Shown here one piece after another: positions 50,601 to 61,439 of a stretch of 64,000 nucleotides of DNA. The stretch spans positions 14,519 to 78,518 of the forward strand of contig JAAPAO010000098.1 in the NCBI GenBank assembly GCA_013115145.1. Direction: 5' to 3'. Positions within the stretch are counted from its first letter, which is position 1, and every line of letters begins with the position of its first letter. The notes under the pieces are model-generated. The model saw only the letters and a list, made by a program, of their open reading frames with translations, was not told the origin of the DNA and did not search any database. Source of the DNA: Perkinsus chesapeaki ATCC PRA-425. Taxonomy: Eukaryota; Protista; Perkinsozoa. The position numbers and the translations under genes are program-made.

Positions 50601-53600
50601 TTCCCCCATTCAGCATCGCCATTAAACGATAAACCATGGAAGCAGCCCTCCAACGGTCGTGCCTGTTGAACTAAGTGATTACCCAGACTCATATAGATGA
50701 TGATAAGGCTCACGTAGCTGGCCTCAAATTGAGGGTCTCCAGGTTTAGCGTCATTCTTTCCCGTGCCTTTGTTGCTCTCTGTACACGCCAGTAGCCGCGC
50801 AGGCACCTGCACAGTTGGAAACTGCTTACATTCATCAACATGCGGAAGAAATAAAATTCCGCTGAAAAAATTTAAAAAATTTAGAAAAAAATTTTTCCCC
50901 TCAAACTAAAGCCACCGGTGAAAAAGAGTTCAAAATCTTCGGAATACTTCTACTCAACTGAGTACAACAAACAACCACTTCCGCCCTGCCGATGAATCCT
51001 CAGCGCCCGCAGAGCCGGATCGGTAAAATAGTACTTATTAGAATTCCCCTATTGCATTTTATATTGACGAATGCGATGACAATATCCAATCCTGCACCAC
51101 TATCTCATTCCACTCGTTACCTGATTCTTCGATCGCCACTTAATCGTTAAACCCTTCCATTTCCGCCTGGCAACTTCATCTTCAGCCTCGGTAGCCTCCC
51201 GAGCTGCCCCCGGATGATGACCAGGCAGCCTGCTCCTCAACACCCATCGAGAGCCTCTCTCTAATAGTAACTGAAAAAATACACTCCACCGACGGAGCGA
51301 ACCGCAACAACTTCGGTGAACAGACAAACGGTTGTTGGAACATATAGGCAAGAGCCAGTGTACGCGACATCCCCAGCTGACCAGCAAACACAGTAGTTGA
51401 AAAGGCGCGCAGAGGGTCCAAAAACGCATAACAAACATCTTATATAGTTATGGATTCGGCTGCATGCAATTACTCTACATTGCATTGTGATTAAGTTCGG
51501 TCTCGGCTGGTCTTGAATCATCATAAGGAGTATTCTCGAAGTAGGAGTGAATTATAGTGGACACAAATCATCAAAGTATTCAGCCGATATGGCCGAGGTA
51601 TATAGCAAATGGGAATGCCGCCGTTGCACTTGAAAAATAAATGTATTGTCAACAAGCGCGCGTTTTGGACGACACGAACTGCATTATATATAGCAAACGG
51701 AAATAAAGACGACCACCACACATGCAGCAGGCAGGGCCGTAGGTGACGAAATACTCCTGGAATTTCATCGTACCACCCTTAGTCTCACCTGGCCATTAGT
51801 AATAATACTGGTAGAGGCAACCGGTTCGAAAGGGCAGAGTACTCGACTGCACAGCGACTTGGCAATCTGACAAACCAACAGCCATCTGCGCAAGTGTACG
51901 CATGCATGAGAAGTAGACAAGTACCATAAACCTAGGCCATTCTACTAACCCTGACAAACCAGCAGTCACCATCTTGACCGAGCGCCACGACCCTTGCCCA
52001 AGATGAGATATGCAAAACGATCCCCATCCCAGGGCTCCCATCACTCACCTGTAAAAATTTCTCCGACTGATTGGCAAAACATGCCACCATCACCAACTGC
52101 GGTCTGCCGTATGCATTCTCGTTCTGCGAGGTCTGGTCATATTCCCGAAACACAAACCGTGTTGTCGGGCCAGCCGTACCGCCTACCCCGCAATAATTTC
52201 GTGGCGCAGCGGTCATTTCCCACCTTCGTTGTCCTCCTCTATCTCAACTATGAACTCATTTATATGATAATGATTGAATCTCACTTCGCATACTTTATCT
52301 AGAATCCGCAGCTCTGACATCCTGATAGCGTCCGCACCTGAAAAAAATACATTAAAATGACATCTGTGGGATTCGAACCTGCGCACCTTTCATTTCATCC
52401 TCATCAGTCCATAATGCAAATCCTTCCACATCATCTGACTCTCTCTTTGCCCCTGCATTAGCCCCCTTCCCTCGCTCATCGTATGAAGCATACCGCTCGG
52501 CAGCTTCCTTATCTGCTACTATAATACCAGTAAGAAATGCTATGTACCAGCTACATCTCTCTAATATATGTATCATCACTACCGATATGAAGTACTATTG
52601 CGGTGACGAGTACATCACCCTCGCATGAGGATGATGAATCCTGTAGCGCTCCTTCAGGCGGCCCATGCAATAATCCGCTAGCGAACTATATATAAGGCGT
52701 TCTTTCCACCGAAAGGTCCCCGGTTCAATTCCATGCACCGGAAGATATTGTAATGCGAACTATTTAAGATTAATTTAATACGTGAGAGGACTATTTACCA
52801 GCCCATACATTCGTGGATGCTAGTCTATAATACCAATCGGAAGGTCCCCGGTTCAATTCCCAGGCCTACCATCTTCATCCTCATCCCCAGAGCCCTCATG
52901 ATCGCTAAAAGCGTCCTGGAATGATCCTCCAGACGAGGAAGACCTCCTCCGTCTTTCATCACCAGATGAGGCGTCACTGAAGCTTGAAGTGGCTCTTAAC
53001 ACTAAATACCAAAAATTTTAAACAAAAAACGCTTCGCTCCGCTCAAGTACAATGAACTTCAACGACTACGCTGTCGAGCCCACAACAAAAAGCCCCCTTG
53101 CCTCTCCATCACGGACCCGGTCCGCTAACTCGAAAACGAATACGTCGGATTGCTGTTATTCCTCCACTAGAAGATTCCACGTATTCCCAACAAAAATGCG
53201 AATCATGAATCGCTTCGCTCCGCCCTCCTCCTACATTGCTCTTCATCATCATCAGGTGAGTTCCCCTCTTTAACCACTATAATTTCATCATCTCCCTCCG
53301 CTGTGGTGCTGCTGCCCTCCTGGTCCTCTGCCGGGGGTGCCGGTCGATTCCCCTCCTCCTCCCGCTTCCCCGTCGTCGACTCTTCCCTTTTACTTTCCTC
53401 TGACTCTACTCTAGTATGATGACTGCTACGCCTTCTAGACTGACTTGGTGTCTGATTGGCCATCATGGCCTAAAATAAAGATATCACCACTACTTGGTCC
53501 CATCACTCGTAACGAGCAGGAGAGGTTTATGAGCATTAATCATCGTAGCATAAATCATGATTTTTATTGACATCTGCGAAACTTGATTCTCTTTTCTAAG

Positions 53601-56600
53601 ATTTACCGACTTATTCATAACTTCCAATAAAGCGGATCCTGGCTCATGATTTTTAATTTCTAAATTCTATAACCGTCCAGTAGGATACCATAAGATCGTC
53701 GGCCACTACTTCTCGATAACATTGACGCAGATCCATAAACCTCACTGGCCATAGCTTCATAACTTTTCTGACACCTCTAGCCACCCCTTATGACCTTAGT
53801 CGCCTTATGCAGTGTCTTTTGGCTTTTATTAGCATTCTTCAGTACTTGCCCCATCATAGCATTTCCCATCTTCTTTGATTCCTTAAACATCTTCTTACTA
53901 TAATGTGATGCACTCTTCATAACCTGACAAAAGCACTTCATCCCCGCCTGGACTCACAATCACTTTTCCTCATTGAATGCCTTTCATCACCACAGGGCGG
54001 GCCTATCATTACCAGCAACAGCAAATATCGCATTCGCAAAAGCAGATCGTTCTAAAACGATCCGTCTCCAAAGCCATTCTAGCTTACTCAGCAGGCCTGC
54101 TACCACACCCTAATTCAAGGCGCGTAAGTATTCTATCTCAACGAGGCAGTTCTGCGCGCGCGGAAAATTTCGGGCGGCGCCGGTATCTTTGCACCCAGGC
54201 ATGAAACGGTTGATCGATTTACATATTCTTCCTTGCTGTGTCTTCTAGTACTAAGCTACAGAGTTTTAAGGTCGTACACTCAATAGCAGACGAGATATCG
54301 TTAAAAAACGAAATATTCTATTTCATTGGGGAGGGCTGTATAACAAATCAGCATGAAGGAGAATGAATGCTTTGAAGAACCTATTCCCCCTCATTTACAC
54401 CGTCTCCTATCGGAAGTCACTCTTCACAATCCCCCCTTGCCCGAAGACTTCTACCTCATTTGGATTGGACGGATGCTTATAGTCATGCTTATATGGTCGG
54501 ACTACAGACTCGTACTCTGGTACCTGAACAAGCCCAGTCACTCTCCTGATAATTTCCCGTACATACGCGCGGCAGGTCGCCGCAACCAGTGGTTTATCAA
54601 GCAAAAATGTTACACATGCCGTACACTTGCTTCGCCTAGCAGTTTCAGTTGATGCTCATAACATCATTTTAGCCGATCTCATCCCCTCGACCGCCGTGTT
54701 ATATGATAAGAATTTGTGGAGAGGTTTGGGCGCGCTGTGTTCAGTCCTCAGGGTTGGGCTGGAATCGACATTAATTACCTTTGCTGTAACATCTGCAGGG
54801 CTAAGGATAGTATAATACTCGAAAATTAGGACTTGATTTGCCTCTGAACTCGAGTTATGCGCAGAACACCGTTTATGATAAGGATGTGTGGAGCAGTGTA
54901 TTTCCAATAAGCTTGCGATAGGATAGAATAGGGTATAATATTATATACTCACACCCGTCCCTTGTCATTTTATATAATAATAAGAATACAGCTATAGCCC
55001 TTGAAGAGCAAGCTACCACATGAAAGGATTAAATAAAAGGGGATATGATAGTTCTATATAATTATATGTATGATGATAAGTCCTATACAACAGATATCAA
55101 TTGAAGGCATCCCCTGCCCTCATTCTACCTTCGGTAAGCTGCTCGCTACGTTATCCTTAAGTGAACCTCCATAAGCTGACAATAATAATCATCATGAATG
55201 TCCAGATCACCCCAAAATCCACATCACACAAAACCCGAATAACGCCTACGCTATTCATCCTACAGCTCTCTTACAAAGGGAAATTTATCAGCTCCGATGC
55301 CCTAGAAGAGTTGACAGGATTGGACGACATATAGCTTAAGAACAGCACATGTGGACTAATCTGCTAAGTAAGTAATCTACTAAGTCTCAGTTAATTCCTA
55401 TGACAGGTACATTTTAGTAAGCTCGTGCAGATCCCCAATTGACGGACATTTGGTCCCCCTATCAACTCCCTCTATCCTCAGTCCCCCTATCAACTCCCTC
55501 TATCCTCAGTCCCCCTACAGCAACTCCCTCTATCCTCAGTCCCCCTATCAACTCCCTCTATCCTCAGTCCCCCTATCAACTCCCTCTATCCTCAGTCCCC
55601 CTATCACCTCCCTCTATCTTCAGTCCCCCTATCAACTCCCTCTATCTTCAGTCCCCCTATCAACTCCCTCTATCTTCAGTATAGTACCTTCATCCTCCGC
55701 ATCAACCTTATCATGCTTATCAACTCTCTTCGATCGTTCCTGCTGTTGTTGTTTCTTTATTTCCATCGCCATATTCTTGAATGCATTGCCGTCCACCCAA
55801 GAGTAATGAAGATGCCTAAAAATAATTAATTAAATACTTTCTTCAACCATTCCAAAACGTGGCCCTAACCAACTGCCAGACGAACTAGCCAAAGTCACCT
55901 TCGTACGATATTCCGTAAGATAGGGAACCTTGTGCTCAGAATCAAGTAGTAGGGCATCATCGATTAATAGCAGACCCAGCACGATCTCTCCGAATATATA
56001 CATTCACTCTAGGGCAGCGCCTGGCTGGCAAATGGCCCCCTGATCCGAGCAGACTAGCAAGGTGAAGCAGTATGGCTACTATTTATAGCGACTCCAAAGT
56101 GTAACAACAACTATCTCCGTTGAGTGTGGGAATATTAATATTACCTGGCATTCTTGGGGAGGTTATCAATGGGGATATAAGTCGGCTGTGTGAGGTCGTT
56201 TAAAATATTATAAAGCTTGCCAACAGTCGACTAAAATGACACAGCCAGGGATCGAACCCACGACCTCTTGGTTAGCAGAACTCACCTTTTCGCCCTTGAT
56301 CTTTAACTCATCTAACCATATAGAGAGTCCTCCTCCACAAGTAAACGGCAGCTTAGACCACCTGACACAGCGTCAATTATAACCGAAACCAATTCCCATC
56401 CTTTTAAACAATCGGTGAGATTGTCCCTCCACGCATCTACGGTATCTCCTGTCCCGTGGTTGGCCGTTTAGTTCCCCTTCTACCTTTTCCCGTGTGTCCC
56501 TTTTTCCATAGCGATACTTTCTGACCGATGCTTTATTCGAATCCCACCGGTGTGCTCCACAAGAGACTCACCAGTAATGGCGCATATCACTGATAAACTG

Positions 56601-59045
56601 TCTGAAAAGAATTGCCGTCGCCGAGGATCGAACCTGGGACCCCCTACTTATAGTGTATAGACGCATCGTTCTAAGGAAGTTCCTCTCTTTATTGAACTGA
56701 AAAGCCTCCTGTGGCGAGTCCACATAGGATAAACCACTCCACTCTTCAGAAGAGCTAGGCTCCAAAAACTGATAGAAAAACCATAAAATCGAATCATCAA
56801 GCTCATCTATCTCGCAGCGTTAAAGCAACGACAACACTGATCTCTCCGCCACAGAACTTCAAACTGCACACCGATTGCACCGATGTGCACTCTTCCATTA
56901 TTATATAATAACAAAGTGAACTATTTTACTGTCTGAAAAACAACTGTAGCCGATAATATCATAATAGTAAGCAGAACCAGTCGCGTTGAGTTTAATAAGC
57001 AATCCTTTTACCCATTGTACGTATACAGCCCGTTGCGGTAGCATGCATCACTTAATAGTAATAATTGTGGAGTAGGAACGCAGTGGAATTACTAGTACTA
57101 GGGTCACTATAAGCCCGTCCAGATCTAGATCTGCCGTTTCGGTCAGCTTTATTTGCATGAAGCCTAGAATCGGCACACCACCCCTATCGGAGAAAAGTAT
57201 CTTTTCTTATAACAGATTACTCAATTACGCATCCTCCCCCTGAAATATGCCAAACCCGCCAGCCTTAACTGAGCAGCCTTAAAGACAACCCAACGAAAGT
57301 GGAGAGAGATGGAATTATTCTACCCCTGTGGCCCTACCGAGATACTTCTCAAATAACTTGCGTATTCTAAATAAGTCCATCACCGATTCCCGGCCCCCAG
57401 TGCACACTCCTCCCTCATATTACCGGTCCCTGCTGAATGCACGGTGCCATGAACAGCCCCTGCAAAAAAATCTTAAAAGCTCTCGTTGGGCTCTTCAACG
57501 GCGGAGCGCTGTCATCCATCCCACTGATACGCGACGGCGACTGGGTGAATCTAACCACCAAAAGTCACCGAAAAAAGGTTGCTTCGCTCCGCCTTTTTAT
57601 TACAGATTAATTGATATACTTTCAATCCTGAGCTGCAGGCCGGCCATTATGAAATCCCACCATCCTAGCTCGAGATTCCGCCGAAGCGATCGCTTAGATT
57701 CCGCATCGACATTGCTGACTGCCGAGTTGATATGCTGCTCCAGCAGTGCCTCTCGCTGCGCTAATGCAACCTAATAATAACCAAGCCTTCCATGCCACAA
57801 TAAGGAACAAATAGAATCGTTTAATACTAATACAGATAATTATTCAGCCGTCTCCCCATTACCCCAGAGCTCTTGAGGACTACTGGAGGGGATGTTCCCA
57901 TGCAGCTGCCTGTATGTTACTACATGCTCTACGGTTAGTATCGATTGCGGAATGTGTCGCAGCCTATTCGCACCATCAACCCAAAATCGAAAGAAACCTC
58001 AAGCAATCAAAGACTCGTCCCTATCCCCGACTGCCAATATATAACGCATTCATTTCTATGTATCATCTGCCGCTATAGGTAGCCGCCTGTTTGCCCTCCA
58101 ATAGAGGAAGATTCAAAATAGGTTACCTTGCAGTTCCATTCGACATCACCATACATATCATGTACAGTACAATCAAGCTCCAGAGATGGTATTGTAATAC
58201 AAACCTTGCACAGCAGTTACATTATATCGATTACAACAGCGACCATCAACTCACCGGTTTATACCGTAACTGGGTCCACGGGATCTTAACCACTGCCATA
58301 CTGCAATACGCTCGAGTGATCTGAGGAGGCATCGTCGAATACGAAGTTACAATCGATACGATGGCCGCCGGAGTGTGAGAGAATAGATCACATTTCAAGA
58401 GGCCGACCGAGGGTCTCGACATCCCAGTGCTTTAAATGACACCGTTTATGACCTTGTTCGTTTGACAAAGATGCCTTTTCGAAAGCTTTAAGAAGCTCGA
58501 AGCACGGAATCGAAGGCCAGCGAGGAAGATTTGATACGAACTGGTAATATCAAAGTTGCGAGATTGTTCTTCCCTATTGTGGTTTTCCGTCATCGAACCC
58601 TCCAATCAACGTATTCCGACTTCCCCATTATTAATACTAGCTAATAAAGGTAAGTGATAGATGCTTAATCGCTTAGCTACCTCGGTCGTGTAGGGCAGAA
58701 TGGTGTCAACCCACTCCTTAATGGCGTCAATTTCAAGCTCGAAGGCATGTAAGGTGATCTCGCCCGACATCAGAGACCTGCAAGAGGGCTCGCTGGGGTG
58801 GGGACGGGTATAGGTTATTACGCAGAGACTTGGTCATATTCCAATCCACGGATGTACTTTTTCAAGTACCCCATAATGGTGCTTTTGTAAAGGTAAGATG
58901 TCATATTTATACATGCAGCAACAGCACCGTCGTCGACAAAAGCTCAAATACTGAAAAATGAAGATTCGCCCAAGGTCACTCAGCTGACCTCAAAAATATC
59001 TTTTATGAGACATATTCTACAATAGAGTCGCGTAAATTCGATCAT
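44675..59045 (-). CDS. very large Chorein-N (VPS13/ATG2/BLTP-like) gene; N-terminal assignment good, 3' extent speculative (may be 2-3 genes)
   Basis: 5' exons SLMSGEITLHAFELEIDAIKEWVDTILPYTTE|ITRAYCSMAVVKIPWTQLRYKP and WDFIMAGLQLRIESISINL match Chorein_N; contiguous minus-strand exons continue to ~44.7 kb. Confidence 0.55.
46647..46908. repeat. 37-bp tandem array spanning an N gap (46738-46836)
   Basis: aact(g/c)agttatacagtcactaaggtacactagtaggc on both sides of the gap. Confidence 0.95.
48007..48250. repeat. 36-bp tandem array spanning an N gap (48027-48121)
   Basis: atatagtaactcagtattgctacctagacttgtgct repeated. Confidence 0.95.
48740..48801 (-). other. 62-nt predicted intron that is a near-complete tRNA body (A box, Thr-UGU-like loop, B box)
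   Basis: GTAGCTTAGTTGGTTAGGGTGTTGGACTTGTCATCAGTGCACCTTGGTTCGATCCCTGGCAG; removal joins NAEAKG|GSSTVTNATSSMLPGRIMF in frame. Confidence 0.75.
50071..50113 (-). other. 43-nt predicted intron = antisense tRNA 3' end with oligo-T
   Basis: Plus strand CCAAGGTTCGATCCTCGCCAGCGGCATTTTT; splicing joins MRDTLL|SMSDGSWRIAVP. Confidence 0.75.
52338..52386 (-). other. 49-nt predicted intron = sense tRNA 3' end plus T-run
   Basis: GTGCGCAGGTTCGAATCCCACAGATGTCATTTT...TTTCAG; joins DEDEMK|GADAIRMSEL. Confidence 0.75.
52702..52738 (-). other. 37-nt predicted intron with antisense tRNA T-arm
   Basis: GTGCATGGAATTGAACCGGGGACCTTTCGGTGGAAAG; joins VRITISS|ERLIYSSLADYCMG. Confidence 0.65.
52820..52869 (-). other. 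50-nt predicted intron with antisense tRNA T-arm
   Basis: GTAGGCCTGGGAATTGAACCGGGGACCTTCCG...ACTAG; joins DEDED|ASTNVWA. Confidence 0.65.
55453..55680. repeat. 28-bp minisatellite, ~8 copies
   Basis: gtccccctatcaactccctctatc(c/t)tca repeated. Confidence 0.95.
56231..56285 (-). other. 55-nt predicted intron = sense tRNA 3' half plus TTTT
   Basis: GTGAGT...CAAGAGGTCGTGGGTTCGATCCCTGGCTGTGTCATTTTAG; joins IKGEK|STVGKLYNIL. Confidence 0.75.
56602..56647 (-). other. 46-nt predicted intron = sense tRNA 3' half plus T-run
   Basis: GTAGGGGGTCCCAGGTTCGATCCTCGGCGACGGCAATTCTTTTCAG; joins DASIHYK|QFISDMRHY. Confidence 0.7.
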
Positions 59046-59229
59046 GGATTATGCCTTCGGCATCACAGGAACTGGCGAAGTCGCGGCATATTTTTATTTC
59101 TGGGCGCGCGCTAATGCTGGAGAAAGTGTAGACTTGCAGATCTTACTAAATCTTGCAACTCCTTAGCGTGATCGATATTGCTTGATAACTCTTCGTTCGG
59201 CGACTATATCGAACCCCATATCCCAAGAG

Positions 59230-60554
59230 ATGGCTGACCGATATCTTCTTGCTTCCAACCTCCCCACTGAGGGTGCTCGCATCCCTGAACGTAGCGCCAA
59301 GAAGGTCGAGGCACAGGCTGAGCTCAAGCAGCAGAAGCTTGCCGCTGTTGCCGCCAACAAGAAGGCCAACCGCGCCTCCAGGTAACCCCAATCAACCTCA
59401 GCTGGGAAGGATTCTCATCTTGATTTGTTTCAGGAACGCTTTGAAGCTCCGCACTTTGAAGTACCAGAAGGAGTACAAGGCCGAGGAGAGTCGTCTTGTC
59501 GGTCTTCGTCGCGAGGCCAAGAAGTTCGGCAACTACTTCGTCGAGCCCGAGGAGAAGCTCGTACGCTTACTCCCTATTTTTCATCGTGGGATTGTTCTTT
59601 TGTAGGTCTTCGTTGTCCGTCTTGCTGGTATCAACAAGCTCGCCCCCAAGCCCCGCAAGATCTTGCAACTTTTGCGTCTTCGCCAGTTGAACAACGGTGT
59701 CTTCGTTAAGGTCAACGGACCTATGATGCAGGTACAAACCTGAGCTCCCAATGAGCACATCAGGTATTCGGTCATTAGCCGCTATCAGGCATCCACGGAT
59801 GTGGACCTGATAGTTGGTGATAGCCGATGGTCAATGAATCTCCGTAATGGGGAGGAGGCCTTTCCGTACATGAACGTGTGGACATGTCCCACTTGAGTAC
59901 GATGCCTGGATCACCATGTCCTCACCTGATGATCGTGCTCATGTCTCATCTCTGTCCTATTGTGATTGTGTCTCAGATGCTCCGTACCGTCGCTCCCTAT
60001 GTTGCCTTCGGTTACCCCAGCGTCGCCACTGTCCGCCAGCTCATCTACAAGAGAGGTTACGGCAAGATCAACAAGTCTCGCATTCCTCTTAACGATAACA
60101 AGCTTATCGATGAGCACCTCGGCCAGTTCGGCATCCACGGTAAGCTTGGGTTTGTCGTTACCGTTCGTTCGCGTATCTCTCTGGGCAAGAGCCTCCCGTA
60201 TCCCGTAGGGAAGGACTCTAATCGGATGCGCGTATATAAAACGTGGAGTAATCACCCCTTCGCCACTATGGTGTTGAGGGCTTCATGATCCTCGGACATT
60301 TCACCTCAGTTCTCGTCTACCTTTTCGTGGTTAGGATTTATATTTTTCCTATTCCAGGTATGGAGGATCTCACCCACGAGATCTACACCGTCGGTCCCCA
60401 CTTCAAGGAGGCCAACAACTTCCTCTGGCCCTTCAAGCTCTCCTCCCCTAAGGGTGGCTTCATCCGCAAGCGTCACGGCTTCAACGAGCTCCGCGGCGGT
60501 GACTGGGGTAACCGTGAGCAGTTCATGAACAACCTCATCAGGAGGATGAACTAA
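59230..60554 (+). CDS. RPL7: 60S ribosomal protein L7 (uL30); exons 59230-59381, 59434-59560, 59606-59731, 59977-60139, 60358-60554
   Basis: [81 protein letters not shown]. Confidence 0.98.
60170..60301 (+). ncRNA. H/ACA box snoRNA, copy 1 (RPL7 intron 4)
   Basis: Hairpin-ATATAA (H box)-hairpin-ACAnnn; pockets CTGGGCA/AATCG and TAATC/TTCATG complementary to conserved LSU rRNA. Confidence 0.85.
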
Positions 60555-60730
60555 GATGGTCACCAATACGATCAAGCAAGTCGTTATCAGCATTGAGGGA
60601 CGTTGTTATTCACCATTTAATGGCGAGTGACGATGTTGTTAGATATGGAGGTTTCGACTGAGGCTTCTCGAGTAGCCGCTTGGGATAAATACGACTGTGG
60701 TGTTTATTATTAATGATGCGGGGTAGTTAT

Positions 60731-60862
60731 TGCGTATCTCTCTGGGCAAGAGCCTCTCGTATCCCGTAGGGAAGGACTCTAATCGGATGCGCATATATAA
60801 ACCGTGGAGTAATCACCCCTTCGCCACTATGGTGTTGAGGGCTTCATGATCCTCGGACAAGC
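60731..60862 (+). ncRNA. H/ACA box snoRNA, copy 2 (downstream of RPL7)
   Basis: Near-identical to 60170-60301; H box, ACA and both pockets conserved. Confidence 0.8.
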
Positions 60863-61439
60863 ATATGCTTATTTATCATTTTGTTGTCAATCTTGCGAAG
60901 GCGTCGCATAGAACACAACCTGAGGAGAGGTTAACTGAATACCCAGCAAGTGCACGTCGTTGACCTTTCATCATCAACCGTGACATCAATTTAGTGTTAC
61001 TTGCAGAGTGGTCGAAAAAGATTCCAGCGCCGATTAAAAGACACTTGATCGAATATAAGAGTAAACCATTTTCTCCGGTTACCTAAAGAGGTTGATAAGT
61101 GTTATTGTTACCAAGGTATTGAATTGGGTGAATAACAGTCGTGTAGTTGAGGGATTATTCATTGCAACGACTTCACCATAAACGTGCGTATGTGATATCG
61201 GTATACCACCATCGTGGATACCGTATGATGTAGCGTACCGGTACAACTCCAGTGATACCGCATAAGTCGAAGGCAGTTGTTTGAGCGATGAATTTGCCGT
61301 GCTCGGTATCTAAAACATATATCTTGACCTAATTGGTGAGATATATGACTTATGACTCAATTGTTACATTGAGTCTAGGATGATATTCAATTGGCAAGCG
61401 AAAGACTTTTAACTCAACTACATTGAACCTATTATAAAA

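Noticed and set aside
56340-56400. 5' half (GACGCTG TGTCAGGTGGTCTAAG) of a long-intron or split tRNA completing the 56231 3' half
   Set aside because: Acceptor pairs 6/7, but the D-arm-like part reads as an in-frame exon (WSKLPFTCGGGLSIWLD) after an AG; probably coincidental, not fully excluded.
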